This document shows, piece by piece, positions 55,710-64,000 of a stretch of 64,000 nt of DNA. Within the stretch, counting starts at the first letter, position 1, and each line of letters begins with the position of its first letter. The position numbers and the translations under genes were made by a program. The DNA comes from Octopus vulgaris. Its lineage: Eukaryota. The stretch is from assembly GCA_951406725.2 (NCBI GenBank), contig OX597817.1, positions 107,880,001-107,944,000 of the forward strand, written 5' to 3'. The notes under the pieces were generated by a model. The model saw nothing but the letters and a program-made list of their open reading frames with translations. It made no database searches and was not told the origin of the DNA.

Positions 55710-55985
55710 CCTTGGACAAGTGTCGTCTACTATAGCTGCGGACCGACCAAAGCCTTGTGAGAAGTTTTGGTAGACGGAAATTGTGTGGAAATCAGTCGTA
55801 TGTGTGTGTATGTTTGTGTCTGTACCCATTCCGCTTGTCAACCAGTATAGATTTCTTTATATCTCCGTAACTTAGAAGTTTGGCAAAAGAGTCCGATAGA
55901 ATAAATACCAGGCTTTAAAAAGATAAGTATTTGATTCGATTTGCTCCTGAATGGCCACGGTCCAATCACTGAAACAACCAAAAGA
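55710..55985 (+). mobile_element. Degenerate OK/OR-like SINE (other decayed copies at ~19545, 20560, 44850, 52115 and 54432)
   Basis: ACCTTGGACAAGTGTC..GACCAAAGCCTTGTGAG..GGTAGACGGAAA. Confidence 0.7.
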
Positions 55986-58082
55986 TGAATAAATAAACAC
56001 ATGAGCATGCAAACTACATAATTACACAGACCAGTACGGTGTCCTCCGCAGGAATGTCACTTGTGCCTGCATAGGCAGGAGAAAAGAGAGGAGGTACTCT
56101 TGGTGAACTGAGTGTGCGATGCAGAATGTTAAGAGTAACTAAATAATACACGGTATTTTATCCGCCTCGCAACCGAAGCTGGCAATCCTTTGCTGCTTCG
56201 TCGACACTAGACAGTGTAGTATCTCATACTAACAATACTCATTGTTGGTTGTTTGGTCATATTACCGTATATCTAATTACTAACGAGCCATTTACAGTGA
56301 TTTGGTCATTCTTGTTGCAATAATTTACGTTCTTACCTTTTACTATTACTTCTCTTCTGCTTCCTCCATCTCTTCTCTCTTCTACTACTCTGGCTACCAC
56401 CTCTAACCTCAAAAATTTTCAAAATTTACTGCATTATGATACTGTTTCACTGAAGGTGTAGAAAGGCTTTTATTTTCAACAATAAAAAGTTATCCATCAT
56501 ACGATGGGAAAAAATGTTGGAGATATCCTTTTGCCAGAATGGACAATATCAAATAACATTACATAGATACGATAGTAATAATAATTTATGTAATTACTGT
56601 TTCATACCGAAAATAAATATATTGTCCTTGAGAATAATATTAACAGAGTATTACAGAGTTATTGTAGTTGTGCAAATATTCATAAGAATAATTTGTTTTA
56701 TTTGATTTATTTTTTAGAATATAAGAATTATTTTTAATTTGAACATTAGTATTCATTTCATTTTTATGCATATGCCTCGTGAAATATGAATAAGAAAAAA
56801 ACATAAGGTTCTAGAGTGTCACTATATTGGTTTCAAATTTTGGTCACCGCCTTATAGTTTCTTAGGGCAGTGTCCATCTCCTCGACGTGCTTCGTATCCG
56901 ACACTATGATGGTGACGCCGCGTGCGTATGCCGGCACGGATTCTTCGCATACTAGTTCGTATTGGTCGTCAACCCTATAGAAATCTTTCGATTGATCTTA
57001 AATTGATCGGGGTCCCACTTATGACAGGTTCCTTATACACTCTTTCGAAGTTGTTGTGGATGGATGTGTTCGGAATGGCGCATGTTCCTTGGGATAAAGC
57101 ACAACAATCTGGTGGTCAATACGCATGTTTACACATCACATTGCCCTAGCAATTTAACCAAAGTTTTGAAATCTGATTTTAACTGAGTTATGGGCCGAAA
57201 ATAATTTATGTTATTCTATTTGTTTGGATTCTTTCTCAGCAGAGTCACCGCTCCTATGACAGAAATCACCGTTGGTCATTATAAACTTGCCTCCATAAGT
57301 GCTGCATTGCAAGCCCATTGACTTGTCCCGATTGCTATATGTTCCCATAATCTCCTAGTATTCTTCCATTTGATGCCAATCACCTTAATGTCAAAAGTAT
57401 TTGAGACCGTAATGGTAACACCGACGACATATGCAGACACAGCTCACTTGTGACATAGTTCGAGTACGGTGTCCTCCGCAGGAATGTCACTTGTGCCTGC
57501 TCATCGTGAGTCGCGGCAGGCCGTCGAGGCAGGCATTGCAGCCCATTCTGCGATCCGGCCCGCTACACGTCCCGAATTGTTGAGCGAAGTGCCGCTGAAA
57601 AGCCATGCACAACTGCTAGGGTTTGATTAGCTCGAGTAACACGCGTCCATTATGGTTCGTTATATGGCTACGTTGTTACGTTTCGCCACTGCTACTTGCA
57701 CCAGTCAGATGGCTTTTCTTCCTTCGTGTCTTAAAGCACGCATCTTACCTTTAACAACACATCCTTCGTGCTTTACGCCGAAAAATTGGTGAAGCGTCAA
57801 TCTCCTTGCAAGCATGTCGCTTGCGATACCTTTCCTAAACATTTTTCTTAGTTTCTGACGGGATCTTCCACTAATCTAGTTTTCCTCTCGCTATTTCCAG
57901 GCTAAAACTGAATTGAATCTACTTTAATCACTTGTTTCAGAGCGAAGCACTTCGTTATTGCCAACTGCTCGCATCGACACCTGCTTAAATTATTGTCTAA
58001 TCTGGTTCGCTATAAGCTTGACGCGTCGAGAGCAACGCATTCAGCTTCCAGCAATCGAGATAGGCTGCATAGATAACAAATT

Positions 58083-58157
<75 letters not shown>

Positions 58158-58231
58158 CGCTGCTGCCGCTGCTATTGCTGCTGTTGCTGCTATTGCTGCT
58201 GCCGTTGCTGCAGCTAATAATAATGTTGATA

Positions 58232-58272
<41 letters not shown>

Positions 58273-58275
58273 AAC

Positions 58276-58349
<74 letters not shown>

Positions 58350-58351
<2 letters not shown>

Positions 58352-58870
58352 GCCTTGATGCATAGCCTCTGATCTTAACTGACTGGAAGTGTTATAATGT
58401 ACATTGATTTGTCTTGGTATAAAAGACGGGCCACGACAAATATTCTGCTCAATACCACAGATTTGCTTGTCATTTGTTTGATCTTAACCAGCTGAGCATG
58501 TCCCTTTGTGGGTGACGATATGTGCATCTCTGATCACGAGCAGAAGTAGTGGGGAAGCATTACAGTCATGTGTTGAGAGGAATTCTTTGGGGTCTGGATA
58601 ATTCACCTCTGGAAACATGGGTCTTTCGTTCAACATCCTTAAAAATCCTCATTCATGGACCTTTTGAGCGGGATGGGCTACTCAACCAGGAGCAAATTCT
58701 AATTGGGTCCCACCTGCAAGGTTTTGTGCTGTTTATCTTGATATGAGATCAGCATGTCGCGCACATATTGTTGTGATGCATGTGCCTGGTGTACTCTTAT
58801 GAGACGAGTTGTCATGATGGGTATATTTTATCCCAGTGTCACTTTGATGGCATGCACTGCTCTCTCACTC
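58350..58870 (+). mobile_element. Non-coding ~520-bp element embedded in (AAT)n/(GAT)n
   Basis: Complex sequence bounded precisely by AAT/GAT tracts, with no ORF; resembles a dispersed repeat I recall from octopus. Confidence 0.55.
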
Positions 58871-58871
58871 A

Positions 58872-58976
<105 letters not shown>

Positions 58977-58979
58977 TAA

Positions 58980-61730
58980 AACTAGGGTAGATACGATTTC
59001 ATGCCTGGGATGAAGGCGAATGAACCGCGAATCAGGACTTAACTCCGGAGCAATATTTGGTTGAAGATATGGGACCAACTGACGCTCAACTGTCTCATAG
59101 TGAGAACCAAGATCATGGTGCCAATCACACAGAAATGCGAAGGAAACAAGCCCAACTTATGGTAAGAGCTTTGCAGTATTAGTTGACAGTCTTACTAGAG
59201 ATGGTGTCTCGATAAAAATACCGGTTGGTTGCTAACCTTAAAACACATACCTCAGTGTTGAGTGAAAATGTCTAATACAAATGTATCGAATAATGGTATT
59301 AATGAGGATAGAACCAAATGTGAAAGCCTCTCGACCGGTAGGTGCCTTGCGTTTGAACAGCACAGGCTCGGCCGTCATCCAGAGACTGCTTGTAAAGAAA
59401 GCCAGAGGCAGAGAAGAAGGTGGGATAAGGAGGCTAACCGAATAGTAATTGAATGCTGGATCAGGAGTGAACCTAACAGAAGGGGATTCTGACAACGAAT
59501 GAAAGCAAAATGGAATGAGATTGGACTCTTCGAAACAAGTGAGCAACGGTTAGCCGACCAGGCAAGAGCAATAAGAGCAAAAGGGTGGTTAACAGGCATA
59601 GAAATAGAAGAGATAAAAAGGAAAGTAGAAGATAGAAATAATACTTCACCAAGTTCCCAGTGAGAACAGAAAATGAAACGAGGCAATGAAGAAGTAGAGC
59701 AAAGTGTAAATGTAAATGCATTCTCAGCAAATGAAGCAGAAGTAACGGAAAGAGCTATATCACAAGAATATGATGACCAACAAGACGTAGTGAGGACGCT
59801 GTGTCGAAAAGATAGATTCGGCTCTTGGGCTATTCCAGACGAGAAATATAATTGAAACTAACAAGATTATTTTGGCTGCAGCTATGGTTGCTGTAGATAG
59901 AGATGGATACAAAAGAAAATAACAGACAAAAGGTAAAGAACCATACTGGCGTAGACGAATTTGTGGGAAATAAAGTTAAAAAAGACATTTAGAACAAATT
60001 GATAGATTGAGAAAAGGAGAATTGCAGAACGAAAGCATAAGAATGATGCTGGAAAGAATATATAGAATAAGAGATACAGGTTATGATGTGATATTGGAGG
60101 AATTGAAACAAAGAGTTGTAGCAATCAAAACAAAACTGGAAAGATATGACAACAGAAAAAGATAGTTCAGGCAAAACAGATTGTTTGAAGCAAATCAGAA
60201 GAAACTCTTTCAGGAACTAGATGGGAAAATACACGTAACAATAATACCAGATGCAGAGGAAAGCAAGGCATTTTGGAGAGGGATCTTGGACCAATTTGTA
60301 GAGCATAATGATGAAGCGGAGTGGCTGCATGAAATTCAAGATAGATTAAGAAATATAGAAGTCCAAGAAGACATAAAGATAACTACAGAAATAATAAAAA
60401 AGCAGTTAAGAAGATACCCAAATTGGAAGAGTCCAGGACCAAATGGGATCCAAGGGTATTTGATGAAGAAGATGAGAGGACTCCATGAAAGGATAGCACA
60501 ACAGCTAGATGAGTGCTTGCAGGAACGGCCAGTACCCAGCTGGATGACATTGTTATTTGCCAAGGATCCTAAAACAGGAAATGTTGCATCCAACTTTAAA
60601 CCAATTACATACCTTCCGCTAATGTGGAAATTAATCTCAGGTGCTTTGGCCGGTGAACTGTACAGATACTTGGAAAAAAGTGGACTACTACCCATTGAAC
60701 AGAAAGGGTGCTTAAAAAGGAGCCAGGGAACGAAGGATTAGCTCTTAATTGATAATCTAGTTATCAGGAACTGCAAGATAAGACATAAAAATCTGAGCAT
60801 GGCATCGGTTGACTATCGCAAAGCATACGATATGATATCACACTCCTGGATAAGAACAGTGGAAATGTATAGAGTAGCAGAGAATATGAGAAGCCTTATA
60901 TGGAATTGTATGAAATACTGGAGAACGGAATTGAAATACATGGAAGCACGTACTAGGAGAGGTGAAAATCAAGAGCGGAATCTTCCAGGGGGACAGTGTC
61001 CTCCCACTGATATCCGTGTTGGGAATGATCCCCTTGAGTGAAATACTACAGAAGACAAAGTTAGGGTATGATTTGGGAAGAGGTAAGGAAAAACTAAACC
61101 GCTTGCTATTCATGGACGACCTGAAGCTATTAACAAAAACTGAAGCAGAACTGGACAGCCTAGTTCAGTCTGTGCGGATTTTCTCCAATGATATTAAGAT
61201 GGAGTTTGCACTCTCAAAATGTGCTACGATGGTGATGAGACGAGGAAAGCTTGCCAGGACAGAAGGCATATGGTTGCCAAGTGGTGAAATGAAGAAGGCA
61301 ATTCAACCTCAATCCAGCAAATAGAATCAAGCACCACGACATGAAAGAGAAGACAAAATGAGAGTACCTACGGCGAGTGAGAAAAATATTGGCTACAAAG
61401 CTAAATGTCAGAAACATAATTACTGCCATAAACTTGCGCGCTGTCGCAGTAGTTCGGTATGGCGCTGGAATCCTGAAGTGGACAGAGGAGGAGCTAAAAG
61501 AGATGGACAAGGAGTCAAGGAAGCTCCTAACGATGCACGGAGCCCATCATCCACGTGTCGACATTGATTGCCTATACACGAAGAGAGCAAATGGAGAAAG
61601 GGGACTGATAAGCGTGGAAGACTGCGTGCTGAAAAAGAACGAATAGAAGATACTGTAGGCTGCAGGGAGTAAGCCCGCTACGCATGAACGACTCCAGGAG
61701 TTCCAACAAAACCTTTGATTAAGAGAAAAT
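58980..61730 (+). mobile_element. R4/Dong-clade non-LTR retrotransposon, degenerate, RLE domain missing
   Basis: N-terminal [24 protein letters not shown] motif; RT motifs NWKSPGPNGIQG, FKPIT, EQKGC, DYRKAYDMISH, GIFQGDS and LFMDDLKL; AAT repeats on both flanks. Confidence 0.92.
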
Positions 61731-62475
61731 AATAATTATAATATAATAAGCGTTTCTAATTTAGGTACAAGGCTAGCACTTTTTGAGTGATCTGGGTGAT
61801 TAGTCGATTAAATCAATTCATGTTCTTGACTGCGACCCTGAAAGGGTAAAAGACAAAATTGACTTCGTGCGAGGAAAAAGGGGAAAATGTAACAGTAAAT
61901 TTTAATCTTCATTACTTTGATTATCAAAAGTAATAGACGGAAGAGATAGTATTTGAAAGTGCTGACTTTGAAAAACTAATGTTCATTTCAACTTCTAATA
62001 CTTTGGGTAAATTATAAAGTTGACAGTATCTTATTTTCTTTTGCAAAGTATTAAAATGTGCATGTCTAGTTAAAGAAGAAATTAATTAATATTGTTGATA
62101 TTGAAAATGGCGAACATTGTAATCTCCGGTGCTTGCTAAGCCCTAACATGGTAGTCCTAACACTTTATGGTTATAGACTATTTAACTTCATTGAGGTCGC
62201 TCATGTCTCTTAGCTACACAGCCTTCTCAGTCCTTGTGGATTAATCCAGAAATCAGTCTGATTCGGGAATAACGAATTAAAAAAGAATTCTTTTAGCTTG
62301 CTTTCCTCGTTTTGCATGTGGTTAGACGGTTTAAGGTCTATTTTTCAGCATATTGGATGGGAAATTTTTTTCATTTGCCCTTATTTATAATTATTTATAA
62401 TTTCGCCTTGAAAGGTATTTTAATATGCTGGCCACTGATAGACCTTTTTTGAAAATATTTATTCTTATATCAGAC

Positions 62476-62564
<89 letters not shown>

Positions 62565-63720
62565 AACTCTGTATAATCTTTGTTTCAGAAAATATTGATT
62601 CTGAGCTTACTCAATAAATGAAGCGGCATGCCGAGCATAGCGATTTAGAAATATTTCGATTTTAAAAAGTTGCCAGACTTTTCGTCTGTAAAGTTTTTAA
62701 GGCGCTAGAGACTGAAGATGGAAACGTATCACCAGTATCAAAGTATAAAAAGCATTCTAAACACTCTGAAATCATCAGAACACCTGAATTTATCCAAGTT
62801 CAACAGACCATTGATTACAACCCCAGTAAGTCCATGAGGTCAATTGCAAAATATTTCCATATGTCAGGAGGAACAGTCAGAAATGTTGTCCACGAAGACA
62901 TCAGATATAAGTCTTACATGATGAGGAGAGGTCAATTTGTCAGAAAAAAAAACAAAAGAAAACCACTACATCAGCTCTAAAAGGCTCTTAAACAAACTGA
63001 AACATCCAGCAGAAGAAAATTTGATTTGGTTTTTCTCAAACGAGAAAAACTTCGACCAAGATCAAAAAGTCAACAGAAGAAATGATAGATAGTTATGTGC
63101 AGACCATTCTGAAGTTCCAAGTGTTATGCATACAAAATTTCCTGAAACTGTCATGGAAGCAATGAAGGACATGTGATGCATCCTTACTTCTTTCCACAAG
63201 GCCTTAGAGTTAACTCTGCCGCCTACATTGAGGTCCTGGAAATAATTGTTAAGCCCTGGATAGTCAGCGTATGCAATGGAAGGCCATGTGTGTTTCAGTA
63301 AGACTCTGCACTATCACACATGACTCTAGCAACACAGGAATGGATGGTTATGATCACATAACCCCTAATATTTGGCCTCCTAATTCACCAGATCTCAATC
63401 CATTGGACTATTACACGTGGAGCTTTGTTGAGAGAGTGGTCAATGAGCACGCCCATAACACCAAAGATTCTTTGAAAGCAGCCATAGTCAGAGTAATGCC
63501 CAAAATGAACCAGGACCACTTGATTCGAGCATGAAGATGATTTAGATCTCACATAGAATCAGTTGTAGAAGCTGAAGGTGGCTTTATTGAATAACATTCT
63601 AGAAAAGGTTTCTTTTCATTCTCATAGCATTTTTTGATAAATAAAGTTATCTGTTACTATATATTTGTTTTATTTTTTTATAAACATAAATCTGTCCTCA
63701 AATATCTTACGCACCCTGTA
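62565..63720 (+). mobile_element. maT/DD37D-like Tc1/mariner transposon, decayed
   Basis: FFSNEKNFDQDQKVNRRND and WPPNSPDLNPLDYYTW motifs; 3' end ..CGCACCCTG-TA. Confidence 0.85.
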
Positions 63721-63735
63721 TATATATATATATGT

Positions 63736-63767
<32 letters not shown>

Positions 63768-63974
63768 TTGTGCCTGCGTGAATGTGCGTGTGCATGTGTG
63801 TGTGTGTTTGTGTGTGTGTCTGTGTGTATGTATCATAAAACTTGCTATTAATGTTTCTTCTATCGGCTCTTAAATCATCATTTACGGCCATCACAATTTG
63901 CAATTAGTATTTTCATGACGCCCCAACACATCACGTTTAGAAATGTCTGAAAACATAATAAATCCATTAATGAA

Positions 63975-64000
63975 TACACGGACAGCTGTTTCATTGGGAT
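63975..64000 (-). ncRNA. 3' half of a probable hammerhead, cut by the window edge
   Basis: Minus strand GAAA-CAGCTG-TC, the same palindromic stem III as at 7.2 and 18.5 kb. Confidence 0.35.

Noticed and set aside
56860-57900. Possible decayed LINE RT on the minus strand
   Set aside because: Only faint peptide resemblance and no diagnostic motif readable; left uncalled.
57958-58372. Poly-T/A/D/N ORF resembling a low-complexity protein
   Set aside because: Chained trinucleotide microsatellites (ACT, GCT, GAT, AAT); no domain or splice evidence.

Overview
AT-rich, microsatellite-dense eukaryotic DNA. The SINE families look like those I recall from Octopus (cephalopod) genomes; this is recognition, not a database result. 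I found no recognisable host gene, and most ORF-track entries are translations of (TA)n/(CA)n/(TACA)n/(AAT)n runs. The window is a transposon graveyard: degenerate RTE and R4/Dong non-LTR retrotransposons, Tc1, mariner, maT and pogo/Tigger DNA transposons, Helitron ends, MITEs and several tRNA-derived SINE families. The notable signal is a population of short non-coding cassettes lodged in (TA)n tracts. They are arranged as tandem and/or inverted repeats and carry type I hammerhead ribozyme (HHR) motifs: about a dozen copies from several families, many with greatly extended stem II and a palindromic stem III. The best case is a ~493-bp tandem unit at 50824-51959 with two textbook HHRs. They would excise a 492-nt monomer, as expected for a Penelope-dependent, retrozyme-like circular-RNA element. 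All RNA structures were paired by eye and need computational and experimental confirmation.
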